From Styela clava (taxonomy: Eukaryota): a stretch of 64,000 bases of DNA. The stretch covers positions 11,470,001 through 11,534,000 of the forward strand of contig NC_135254.1 of assembly GCF_964204865.1 (NCBI RefSeq), in the 5' to 3' direction. Shown here one piece after another: positions 1 through 12,329 of this stretch (positions are counted from its first letter, which is position 1; each line of letters begins with the position of its first letter). Below the pieces are notes generated by a model. The model had not been told where the DNA came from, searched no databases, and saw only the letters and a program-made list of their open reading frames with translations. The position numbers and the translations under genes were made by a program.

Positions 1-3000
1 TCTTGTTCAAAATTCTTCTTATTGATCGAATTAAAATTTCCCAGGAACCTCCTTGGTTGCTGGCTGTTGGAGTATTGAAATACCAGCGGATTTCTTGTTT
101 TTTGAAGAATCCATCTAATTTGGTATGATCGAGCTTATGCATTTCTTCTCGTAATATTCGTTCTGCTCCAACAAAATTAGTTCCATTGTCACTGTGCAAT
201 TCAAAAGGTTTTGATCTTCTTGCCATAAACCTCCTAAGAGCATTTATGAAAGCATCAGTGGATAAATCTTCTGCCAGTTCAATATGTACAGCTCTTGTTG
301 TGAGGCATGTAAATATGCAGCCATATCTTTTGATTTCACTTCTCCCACGTTTGATCAAATATGGGCCGAAGAAGTCGATTCCTGTTGAATAGAATGGTGG
401 TTGACCAACCTTTAGACGAGCAGATGGCAGTTCAGCCATTAACTGTTCTCCTTGTCGTGTGTTAGCTTTTCTGCAGGTCACACATTTATTTAATTCATGC
501 CGAATTGTTGCTCTCGGTCTTGTGATCCAGTATTTTTCACGAATAACATTCCAAGTATGAGAAACACTTGAATGTCCAACTTTCTTGTGATAGAAGTCAA
601 TGATTAATCTGGTTAAGTGGTGATCATTTGGTAAAATGATGGGATGTCGCATTTCGAATGAAATAGGAGCTTTATCCAACCTCCCCCCAATCCGTAGAAT
701 TCCATCAGTTATAATTGGATCTAGTTTTGCAATTGACTTTGTATGCTCAGCTTTCTTCATCTCGTGACGAGCCTTCCTGTCACCAATTTCACTTTTGTCT
801 GATAAATTATCAATGACAGATTTGTAATTCTGCTGCTGAACATATTTCACAAGTGCTTGCTCTGCGTATTGCATTTCTTCCACAGTTATATTTCTTGTGG
901 TAACAGAATTGTGGTTACGAAGGAAACTTTTATAGCGTAACACCCATGCAGTGGCAATCTTGAGCCTTTGTAAATCAGAAAAGCTTTTAATGAAGTTGTC
1001 AATTGTGTCAATATCCGAAGCAATAATTGTTGCCACTTTCTTTCTTTCAATTGGCTGAAATTCATCAGGCAGGTCCGTTTTATCTTCAGAATTTCTTGGC
1101 CAACTATCTTCGGTCTTCCATAAAAATTCAGGTGCAAGCAGCCAACGACTTTTATTGATGAGAGTTTTCAATGATAAGCCTCGTGATGCGTCATCAGCCG
1201 GATTGATTTTTGAAGGCACTTGTCGCCATTGAGACGGCTTTGACTGTCGATGAATCTTGGCCAATCTATTTGCAACGAAGGTACGAAAACGTTTTCTTGG
1301 ATTACATATGCTTTGACGCACTGCACTCGAATCAGTCCAAAATACGGACTCACAATCGGAATAATTCAACTTTAATCGTAGCCACTTATCTGCCTTTACA
1401 GCTAGCACAGCAGCAACAAGTTCTAGTCTAGGAATGCTTTCAGCCCTCGGAGGAGCCACCTTTGCTTTACCACATAAAAATGAGCAGTGTATTTGATTAT
1501 TTTCATCGACCAGCCTCAAATACGAAACTACACCATAACCGAAGCTAGAAGCATCTGAAAAATGGTGTATCTCACAATGTTTGATATTTCCAAATTCTTG
1601 TGGCTTGAAACATCTTGGAATCGAAATATATTCAAGATCAGTGAGCTGTTTGAACCAAGTGTCCCAGTCTTTAATATTGTCTTCTGTAATTACTTCATCC
1701 CAGCCGAAACCTTTTTCGATGATTTCTTGTTGCAACATTTTTGCTACCAGAATCACGGGAGCGAGCATTCCCAGGGGATCAAATAGTGAATTAACTGCAG
1801 ATAAAATTGTCCTTCTTGTATATGTCTTCAACTTAGGTACAGTTGAACGAAATTGAAAAGCATCGGCATCTACATTCCAGAAAACTCCAAGAACACGCTC
1901 TTTTCGAGGTTCATGCAAATCCAACTCTTTCACAGATTTGGTATGTTCAGATTCTGGGATATTGGCCATCACAGTGGAACTATTTGAAATCCACTTCGTT
2001 AGATTGAAACCTCCCTTCTTCATCAAATTACAAAGTTGTGTTTTTGTGTTTATTGCATCTTCATCACTATCAGAAGATGTAAGACAGTCATCTACATAAA
2101 ATCCATTTTCAATAATCTCACAAATTCTTTTATCAAATTCATGACCAAATCGTTTTCCGGTTTCCTTCAAGCAGAATGAAGCAATGCAAGGTGAACTGCA
2201 AGCTCCAAATATATGACGTTCCATGAAATATAATTCTGCCTTCTTTAAAATATCACCATTTGGCCACCAAAGAAATCGCAGAGCATTGCAATCTTCTTTC
2301 TTAACTTTAATTTGATGAAACATAGCTTCAATATCAGCAACTAAAGCTATGCGTCCCTTACGAAATTGAGTCAACACACCAATAAGGCTTGACACCAAGT
2401 CTGGTCCAGGCATGAGAGTGTCATTAAGAGAAACACCTTTATAAATTGCAGCACAATCAAATACGATACGCACTTTCGGTTTGTTTGCGGTACACACCGG
2501 GTGGTGGCACAAATACCAAACAGGACCTGCAGGGATATCTTCTTCTTGCGAAAGCTTTTTCGCAAAACCTTTTGTAATATATTCCTGCATTTTTTCTGTG
2601 TATTTCTCTCTCAAATCATCATTTTTAGACAAACGTTTATGGAGATACTCCAATCTGCGTTCAGCCAATGCACGACTTCCGCTCGGCAGCTGTGTCCCAG
2701 GACGCCAAGGTAAAGGTATTGTGGAATGACCATCGAAATGCTCTACAGAGCTCTTCAGAAAATTTAGAACATGTCTATCTTCTTTCGAGGTTGGAAATGT
2801 CAAATCTCCAATCTCATCTTCAAAATCAGTGTACCATGTTCTTCTTATCTCTTCTTCGAGTAACATATCAGACTTCACAAAGTTGACATGAATCTTGTGC
2901 GTTGATGGCATATTCACCGATGGTCCAATAATCGACCATCCCAATGGAGACTTTTGTGCAAATGGCTGCTTCTTGTTTCCAGTTCGAACTTCCAACACAT

Positions 3001-5497
3001 GATGTGCATATGGACAATCAGTTCCAATAAGCAGAGAAACATTTTTATTTTTAATTTTACGTAGATTAAGTTCTTGCAGATGAGGAAGTAGCTTGAGTTC
3101 TTCTTCAGATGGAATAGGATTTGGTTGAACTGGAATCTTGTCAATAGACATCACATTTTCAATGAATATTTCTTCTGCATCGTCAATTGATGCAACAGTG
3201 AGATTTACAACAACACCATCATGCATGACTGGTCGTTGTCCTAATGTGTTGATTTCAACAGTTCTTTGTTTTCCAGTCAAACCAAGTTCTTCAATTAAGC
3301 TTGTTTCACAAAAAGTTGTGTCGGACCCAATATCGACCAGAGCATATGTTTCCACTTCAACGTTATTTGCTCGAATCCTGACAGGCAAAATATTTCTGTA
3401 AGTATACATGGAGCTCTTGCATGCATTTGAATTAGCTTGAACTGCAGTAGTCACATTCTTCTGAATTGAGCTTTGTTTGTCATCATTCTTTTTGAAGTTT
3501 GCATTTTCTTCATTTTCTAATTTCTTTGTATTTAAATGCAACAAAGTATGATGTCTTCGTCCACACCCTTTAACAGAGCATGTATATTGTGACTTGCAGT
3601 CCTTTACCAAGTGACCTCCACGTAGACAATTGAAGCAGAAACCAATTTCTTTCAGGAATTTTACTCGTTCTTCAATCGATTTAGAATTAAACTTTTCACA
3701 TTTTGACAAAAGGTGGGAAAAGGAACAACACTTACATTTTAAAATAGCAGGACTCTGGACATGAGAAGTTGCTTTGACATCCTCAGTTTTCACAGTATAA
3801 GTTGTAGACTTTCGTGTTGATTGCCGTTTTTGTTGTGGCTTATCTTCACGTCTTCTGATGTTCAATGATTTCGCAGTATTTGAACCTGCAATATCAGCTT
3901 CCTCTTCAATGAAATCAGCCAAGTCCCATATCTGAGCCTTTTTACCAGTATTATTTTTGATCTTCACAGCTTTCCTTTCCCATCCTTTCTGTGAGCTGTA
4001 TGGTAGCTTACTGGCAAAATCGATAATACGATCAGATGTATTCATTTCTCCAAGGCTATCAAGCTTACCGAGCACAAGAACACATTTTCTCATTAAAAGA
4101 GCATAGTCTTGCAGTGCTGCATGATCATCTGGTTTTATATTCGAACAACGATGCAACTGTTCTTTAAAAGCTTCAGTTACAACATCTGAATCTCCAAATT
4201 TCTTATGAAGAATATCTTTAGCCTTGGCATAACCCACTTCTGGTTCAAATATAGAACAGTGTTGTATGAGCGATTTCGCTTTTCCTTTGCATTGATGCAG
4301 TAAGAAAGCTAATTTCAAGGCATCTGTGGGTGCTTTAGCATCAATATTAGTTTCAAAATTTTTCTTGAAAATATAGTAGTCAATAGGATTACCAGAAAAT
4401 GTCAAATATTCCAACTTTGGAGCATGCATGGCTTCACCAAAAGCTCTGGCTATACTCTGAGCAAATTTATCAGTGTCAGTGACCAAAGGTTTAGATATAT
4501 TATGTTCATTATTTGAATCTGTGTTCAGTGCAAAATCAGCGGACTGTTGGGAAAATCCAGAATTCACGCTGTCATCATTGCTTGAAGACACCACATCTTG
4601 TTTAGGTGAAACAGCAGGTTTAGTTGTAGCGATAGGAGATGATTGACTTACCACCTGTTGATTAGTAACGTTTCTCTCAGGTTGTTGTTCGTGTTCTACA
4701 GTCCGCGAAGTTACTACAGCTGTAGCTTCCTTTTGAACACCAGATCTGATGAATATATCTGATGAAGACCGAGAACTTCCAGCATCATCAACCACAGACA
4801 AATTCTCCCAAACAGCAGCCTCTGCTTCTGCTTCTTGCAAATCAAATTTTGCTTCCAATATTTGATTTTCATGTTCAATTTTGCGTTTTTCATCTTCAAT
4901 TCTCTGCTTTGCTTCTGTTCTTTGCAATGCAATTCGAGCTCTTTCACGCTTAACTTGTGCCTTGGCCATATGTACAGACCCTTTGCTGCATATTGATGTC
5001 TTGCTACTCGCATAAGAGCGTTTACTTCGTATGCTACCAGACAAGGACACGACTTCACTTTCCGCTCTTTCTCTTCTGGAATCGGGAAGTTCAGAATCTT
5101 TGCATTGATTTGAACTCCACGTTTTGGGGTTTTGTAAATGTGTGAATTCACGTACTCGAGCAAAAAGGTTGTCAATGTCTTTATTCACATTCCAAAGTTC
5201 ATTTTCGAATTTCAATCTTATTTCATCATTGGGTGCAGCTGATATACTCTCAGAGTACATTTCCACAAGTTTGGCAAAAGGATCATCAATACTTGACATA
5301 ACAGAATTTAGCACATGCAAATCCTGATCAGCAATTGCTTTTTCAGCCATGAAATATAAATGTTCTAATGTTGTACGTTGTTTTTTGACATCAGCCAGTG
5401 ATGGCATCTTCTGACAAGCGGCTGTTGTATAGTTAGCCAGTTGCCTCAAAGCCAGTTTTCTGGGTGAGTAATCTTCATCACTCGAACTCAAGTTCAT
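1..5497 (-). mobile_element. BEL/Pao LTR retrotransposon gag-pol polyprotein ORF (runs off the left window edge)
   Basis: Minus-strand translation from ATG 5497 (MNLSSSDEDYSPRK...) gives three Gag zinc knuckles (CKCCSFSHLLSKC, CFNCLRGGHLVKDC, CSVKGCGRRHHTLLH), protease ALVDIGSDTTF, RT GFYVDDCL, RNase H HHFSDASSFGYG and integrase PPFYSTGIDFFGP/HSDNGTNFVGA. Domain order is PR-RT-RH-IN. The start, RT and integrase motifs I checked share one frame. Confidence 0.95.
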
Positions 5498-5912
5498 GAT
5501 TTCGTTTCGAAAACTTATTATGTAACACCTTTTCTATGTATCCTGGCCAATACAGGTGTCGCATAAGGGGGTGACTGAAATATCTGGCTGTTCTTTGGTT
5601 CTTGAAAAACTATTCGAAAACGCGCAACTCTCAGTGTGTCCTCCAATGCCACAAATATCAAATGTTGTACAATGAAATTTGATATATTGAATTAAATCCA
5701 GTAAAACAGTTCACAATGTTGAATGAGGTTAAAGAGGTGTAGCGTACTAATAACAGAATGATGCAATGTCTGAATGTGTATGGTGATGTGTAGCGTAGCG
5801 GTTTTCTGAATTTAAATGAAAATATTCAAATACAGACCACAGAAAATAACAATAATGCATTAAAGCACTTGCAAACTTAATCATTAAACAATGTGACATT
5901 GTCTAGCTCTAC

Positions 5913-6371
5913 TGACAGTCTGACAGTATTTAATTAACATGAAATACTATATACTATTTAAATACCAATTAATTATTATTATTTGGAATATTATTTGAAC
6001 TAATAACAAGAATTCTTATCATAAACAACAAATACTAAAACTTACCGAAACGTTTTAAGCCAGGCGATAACAAATATTCAGAAATAACTTCAATTTCAGT
6101 TCAGGATTCAGAGAATCAATCAATCAAATTACAGTCTATTTATAACTTATATAATATTCTACAATAAAAGTTACAGCAGTTATATGTTCCAATAACATAA
6201 GCCTTGGGTATGGGCAATTATTATCCCTACAACCGGACGTTAAACGTAACTAATTTAACACATAAAAAGCAATCTATGCGAATATTAAGCAACGACTGCC
6301 GTCAAACACGGCAGCGAGTCACGTGAGAGCGAGGCAAGATTAGACTTGTCCAGCGAGAGTCGATTGCAACA
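5913..6371 (-). repeat. Candidate 5' LTR of the BEL/Pao element
   Basis: On the minus strand it begins TGTTGCAATCG and ends ...ATTAAATACTGTCAGACTGTCA (TG..CA termini, ATTAAA near the end). The partner LTR is outside the window, so the boundaries are unconfirmed. No canonical TGG-type PBS follows. Confidence 0.35.
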
Positions 6372-6615
6372 TATGTGGACAGCTGGAATTTTCCATTTGT
6401 CGTTTCACTTTAGGGAAATCCCCATTGATAGAAGATAATGCCAATTTTCGAACTTACAATTTGAATAGATTCACTAAGGAGCTAACTTAGAAAAGCCCAT
6501 TTGCTTCACGACAAGACATCTTGCAATAATTAAACCTCACGAAATTCAAATGCCTAGCACGATGCACCAACCGCCGAGTCCATCAAATTTTGCCATTACA
6601 CAATTCTCAATGAAT

Positions 6616-6963
6616 GCGCGGCGGAGTGGCTCAACGGGCTAAGCGTTAGGAATACGCTCGCCACCGCACCTCTAATTACTCTGCATGGGTTCGCAGGTTC
6701 GAATCCCATGCAGGGATGGTTATGTGCGAGAGGATTGCTGGACTCCTCGCCGTCGTTGGGTGGTTCACGTAACCGCTGGTCGGTTACGGCTTCCTCCACC
6801 ACCAAGTCCATGCTTCCGAAAACAAACGATACAGTAAAACTAATCCCATACCCGACTTGGAATGGTAACCGGACGAGAGGCCGTGGTTCGCCATATGGAT
6901 AAGCCGTCTTATCGGCTTTCCTCTCCCCCGGGATAAATATTGTAAATCCTATCCCTATCCCTA
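6616..6963 (+). mobile_element. tRNA-derived SINE, full-length copy
   Basis: Pol III A box TGGCTCAACGGG, B box GGTTCGAATCC, (CCTAT)-type tail. Near-identical copies at 37127 and 45254. Confidence 0.9.
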
Positions 6964-7536
6964 ATATTATTAAAGTGTTTCTAGTCAAATCTATTCAAAA
7001 TCAATATATTGTATTAAAATATTCAAGCAGCTACCATCATAAAATGCATGACAACAAAATTTGTTCTGGTCTATTGAGGTCTGTCTTTTGATTACTCCAA
7101 CTAAACCGAAAAATTCCAAATGTGAAGGACAATCAACGCCATCACGCTTGGATGAAAAGAAATAAAATGTTTCTGCGCTGGGTTTTTTTTCTATTATTAC
7201 GTCATGCTTAAACTTGCAGCTGGTTCAGCCATTATTACGAAACAAGAATCGGAGACGCTGTAGCGCATCGTGGGGGTCACAGGTTAGGTACTTAATCGGA
7301 TGAAATTGTAAAAGAAGGTCATTATACGGTAATAGCGCAAGAATGCGGCAGGTGAACGACGCTCTGCCCTCGGTATAATAACTGTATCCCGTTTTTGACG
7401 ATACAATGATACGATTACCGGTATACTATTACTATAACTTATAGCAGTAGCCTACAACTTTCTATTACCGTATATACTTGTTTTAAGATAACATATAGGC
7501 TACACCTATCTGCAGTTTCATCATTAGTACAGCAAT

Positions 7537-9245
7537 ATGAATTCAGTGCCTAAAGACTATGGATATGTACTCCTCGCAGCAACAGCTAGTTGGGGAACAT
7601 GCATGTGGATGGCAAAGAATGTGGCAGATGGAAGAAAAAAGTATGGAGTTCCTGTAAGTCCAATCTATGATTTTTGGAACAGGCAACAGGGGGAAATAGA
7701 CTGGGAACTTTATTAACTTCACAACCAGCAGACCGAACCACGGAACCAGTACTGCAGTAAATTTGATGTGAATTTAAAGTTAGGATCAGGGGCCAGTACT
7801 AATTCCAGATTCTAGACTTTTTTAAAGCTGGAATCAAGGCAAAATCTTTGCAGTAGTTCTGTAGTTGATTCATGAAAAAAATAGTGATTTAAAACTCTGT
7901 TAATCCTGTAATCCTAATAAGGTGTCCCAATCAATATTCACATTTACTAGTAAAACTATGGCTTGAAAAATTTCCTGATGTGCTAGAAATATTTATGATG
8001 AAGTTTGCTGCTTAAAATCAACTTCCATACTTTTAATAAGATGTTATCATTTAAATTTCAAAACTCTTCCCCCCAAAAAATACCATGGACTGTACCAGAC
8101 CAGGTAGCCATTATCTTAACATCTTTATATACATTAAAATGAATGCATGGAATTTTAAAACGAATTTCCACTAAAAATAGCAATCTTGATCTGATAGTCT
8201 TGTGCAGGAAGAATAAATTGTTATACCGTAGGTACAGATTTCAGGGTTCTCTAGATTAGAAATAGGGAATTTTCAAGTTTCATTAGTAATGGCTTGTTCT
8301 AATTGATGATTCATATAGGTATATTCATATGTAATGCATTTTCAGTACCCAAGGATGTATAGCGATACTGAAGATACCTTCAACTGCATTCAGAGAGCCC
8401 ACCAAAATACTCTTGAATTTTATCCGAGTTTCTTGTTCTTTCTTTCTACTGCTGGATTAGAAAGGCCAGTAAGTTGACTTCTTTTTTGTCATGTCTTTTC
8501 TTTGAATTGTATTTACTGGCACCTTCTACTTTGTAGTTTGAAGCTACCATCCAGCATTATTGACAACTATCAAATAACAGAAGGGTGTAAAAAGACAAAT
8601 CAAATGAAAATATAGATAAACAACCTTTTGTATGGCGAGGCTGTAAAAAATGTATTGCTTGTAGTTGTAATTGTAGATTCATATCTCAATATAACAAATA
8701 TTACCCCTTTCAATATATATATAGCTTTCAAGAGGGTGTATGAGAGTTCTAATCTGTAGTCCAATAAAAACGACCACATTTTTCTGTTTGGTTAGTTCTG
8801 CACATTCCCTCATCAACACTGTAATCTTAAAAATGTGATTCACGATTTTCAAGTGTGATCCTATTCCTCATGCCCAAATTTGTTGGTGGTAGAGGCTTAA
8901 AGCGGTTAGTAGGTTGAACCCCACTAGCCTCATGTTCAACTAGTCACCCGGGTTATAGTAAATAGTATGAACATAGAAAAAATATTCCTCCCAAAATTAG
9001 CACCATACACATTGAAATGAAAGACCTCTGGTTTGTGGTTCATCTACTCAACTTATATTGTTTACATACAGAGATTTGCAGCATCCTGTGGCCTTTTGTG
9101 GTGCTTGGGGCGCATTGTTTATGCTAAAGGATACTATTCAGGAAAACCAGAGAAGCGTAATTATGGTGGTTTTGGAAATATTGGATACCTAGGACTCATC
9201 GGGTGCACAGTAGCCCTTGCTGCAAAGAAATTGGAACTTTATTAA
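7537..9245 (+). CDS. MGST3: Microsomal glutathione S-transferase 3 (MAPEG family), 3 coding exons 7537-7653, 8346-8468, 9072-9245, 137 aa
   Basis: Spliced protein [13 protein letters not shown]...KKYGVP|YPRMYSD...[13 protein letters not shown]...|RFAA...[17 protein letters not shown]. It carries the MGST3 signature and GT-AG phase-0 introns. Confidence 0.93.
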
Positions 9246-10851
9246 TATAATTTCTGGCTAAATTTATGCAAATACTTAATGAGGATTGCACTAATTCATT
9301 TATTTTAATCTTTTTTCTAAAAATTTCATATACCGGTATGCCTTTTATTGTGATCATGATAATGTAATGTTGTAATGTAATCATGGTTTTCCTATTGTTA
9401 TCAAAATACTTCTATGTATTGTACTCTTTGTAATAGTTGGGAATTTTGTCACAGTTATGGGAAGCAAACTTCAAAGCGAGGTGCACACAGAGGTAGATAT
9501 AGCTGGGTCCGCTTTAAATTCAATGGATATGACACCAGATGAAATTAGCAAGTTATATCATTGGCAAATTGAAGTTGTATATGTTCTCTCCTGCTTGAGT
9601 GCTTGAGAACATAAATTAGATTTTGGGTTGAATAGTTGCGATTTTATGGTATGTGTATAAGAGTACACGCGATGAGAAAGTCTGGGACCCGAATAAACTC
9701 AAAGCAGTTTCGTCAGCGTTCCGTTGCAGTGGCAAATATATACTATATCATTCAGAAAGGCATGTGTAACTGTTTCAATATTCAGAGCAGACGAACATCG
9801 TAGTCAAAGTAAATAACCATGGCGACAAGAGTAAATATAAACGGTAATCATTCACGAATATGTAGCTCAGATACACCCAAAATTCACATGCTATTTTTGC
9901 GTAATAGTCTGTTTCCAAATTATATATTACGCCTTGACATTCCCTTTTACTTGATAACTTTATGTGGTCCTCTATCCTTTTATGACTCGAGCACAAACGA
10001 CTTTAAACGCAAACACGATACTTTGGCATGATTTACGGTTATATATGATTCTGACCCGCCGGGCAGCTCAGCACGCTCGACCCTCGCTTGGTGATTTGAA
10101 ACTATGTTTGCACAAAGGTCGCCTTGGGAAAGCATAGGGATTTATGGCAACTTCGAAATCGATTCCGTTCATTCCAAATGTCGGTAAGATTAAGTTATGA
10201 ATACTGTACAAAACTTGTACCAACAACCGTCGTTCTTCATCGTTGTCGTGGCGGCGCAAGTGCTTGTTGGGCTTTTTGTCAGTTTTATTATTGTCCCATC
10301 CTGTAAAATGGCGCACTGGGGCACTAGCTCTCTGGTTTTAAGACACATCTTGATGCTGTATTTAATATAGGAGCTATGCGCACAAGAGAACAATTGATTC
10401 TGCACATTACACTTTATCGTCTCTCAACAAATCTACCTGCGGGTGCTCCATGGCGGCAATGGAGTTTACCTGCAGTGTTTATTTCACGAAAGCCCAGATA
10501 TGATAACTGACAAAACGTGACGAATTGAAATGAGATCTCAAAGGGTTTCCACATACAGTGTTTGAGAATGAGGACGTGGACACCAAATACAACTACATGT
10601 ATAATAAACATTCAAAATCGTAAATTTATTTCGACAAAATGAATATGCATGGCGGATGGCAACAAACAGTTGGCGTGTTAAAAAGAATTGGAAGGTTAGA
10701 TGCGGCATCAAACGTTTATTTGGCGGACTTATATATGTTTAGAATAGTTATAAATGGGATATCGTTCTTGCCGAACTTTTATATAATGGCATCAATGTTT
10801 TGTTGTATTGTTATTAGTGCGGCCTAGTTAGGCTACATGATTTGCCTAAAG

Positions 10852-11165
10852 CAGGGGTGGGCAACCCCTGGCACGCGTGCCAAACTTGGTATGCGAGCCC
10901 ATTTATTCAGCACGCGAGCGAGGCCCCGGAAACGAGATCATTCCTCTTCAAACTCTGAATTATCTGATGAAACTCCGTGTTCGTTCATTCATTGTTTGTA
11001 AACAATCGGCTATTTATTTCAACTATTTTCGTCCTTTCATGGTTGCAAAGAAATATATTATGACGTAACATCTCTCGACAATATCGGTCGGCACGCGGAA
11101 GAATTTCAATGTCAATACCTTTAGCTGATTTTGGCACGCAAACCGAAAAAGGTTGCCCACCCCTG
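10852..11165. mobile_element. Non-autonomous hAT (Charlie-type) MITE
   Basis: TIRs CAGGGGTGGGCAACC / GGTTGCCCACCCCTG. 8-bp TSD GCCTAAAG / GCCTGAAG. Confidence 0.85.
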
Positions 11166-11834
11166 GCCTGAAGCCACCATTCGTGATAGACCACTTGCGT
11201 TTCTTGTTGTAAATGATGCTGTTGTTGGAACAAAAATTGCTTTCAACTTCAGTTGCTAAACCGATTACTTTGACATTTTTTCGTTAGATATGAATGTATT
11301 TTCCTGGAATCCTTTCCTTCATATTTCCCCCCTTGGATCCAAGGTTCCCTCTAAGCTGCGCAACTGAGCAATTGCGCAGTACGACCAGAACATTTGCGCA
11401 GTAAAATCTCTTTCTCGCGCAGTTGCAACATCTCGTTTTTGGAGCGTGGCTCATATTTTATTGTGGCTCATATGTCATTTTATTAACGCTTAACTTAAAT
11501 GCTCATTCTATGTTTCACGCGAATTTTGATGACCACTGGTCATTGTGATGTCACACACGTGTCTGTCGCGCTCAAGTTTCTTGATTTCTGTATGCCAGCG
11601 CCAAAGCGGTCAGCTGAGTAAGTGTCACATTTTGAAATTTTCATCGTGCGCTCTGAATTTCGTGTTGTCGACCCCGCCAAATCTTTCTGGTTATTATCCG
11701 TAGTGAAGTTAACACATATGAAGATAGAATTTTAATAGGTATTAAATGAGCCCACTGTTTGTTACAGAAAATTTGCTTGAATCCCGAGATTGGGACACAT
11801 GAGCTTATACTGACTGATACCGAATGATTATATA

Positions 11835-12133
11835 ACTAGAATTCGGTTGGAAATCGAAGACTTATCGATCGAAGGTTAGGGGATCCCCCAAAACAGTGGT
11901 CTTACTCCATAGTGACACCGTGTGTCCCATCACTAATTAATTAATAACTCGCTAATTATACGACATAATCCATCCAAAATCAATAGGCTTCTGATACGAG
12001 CTAAAATGAATGCACATGCAATTTGGAGCAGATTGAACCTCGCTTTCGTGAGATATCGCGTGCATCTAACACACAGACATACAGGCAGACAAATACCTAT
12101 CAACATACTTACCGATCAAGATCGATAAGTAAT
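11835..12133 (-). mobile_element. DINE-1/HINE-like (Helentron-associated) element nested in the hAT element
   Basis: Sub-TIR CTTATCGATC/GATCGATAAG, terminal inverted repeat and (GTCT/CAGA)-type microsatellite. Homologous copies at 38158 and 40908. Confidence 0.7.
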
Positions 12134-12137
12134 AAGT

Positions 12138-12329
12138 GGTGACCGTGCATTTGAACCCACGTACATTTGAACCCACGGGTTCAATCTATATTCGGGTGCT
12201 AAAACCCATGGGTTAGGGTTAGTATGGGTTCAACTATCCGAAAAACAAAAAAAAATTCCATGGGTGCAATAGCATACAGGTGCAATTGTCATGGGTTCAA
12301 CTGTACGTGGGTTCAAATGTAATGGAACC
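12138..12329. mobile_element. GG-terminated MITE with 9-bp TSD (Merlin/MULE-like)
   Basis: Inverted ends containing repeated TTGAACCCA/TGGGTTCAA, TSD GTAATAAGT on both sides, internal GGGTTAGGGTTAG. Confidence 0.75.

Noticed and set aside
186-5327. Many short ORFs in the ORF track
   Set aside because: They are antisense or off-frame shadows of the BEL/Pao polyprotein.
6596-6988. 130-aa ORF with a near-identical counterpart at 45220-45519; also tRNA-gene-like boxes
   Set aside because: It is the antisense translation of SINE copies. The tRNA-like head is part of the SINE, not a tRNA gene.
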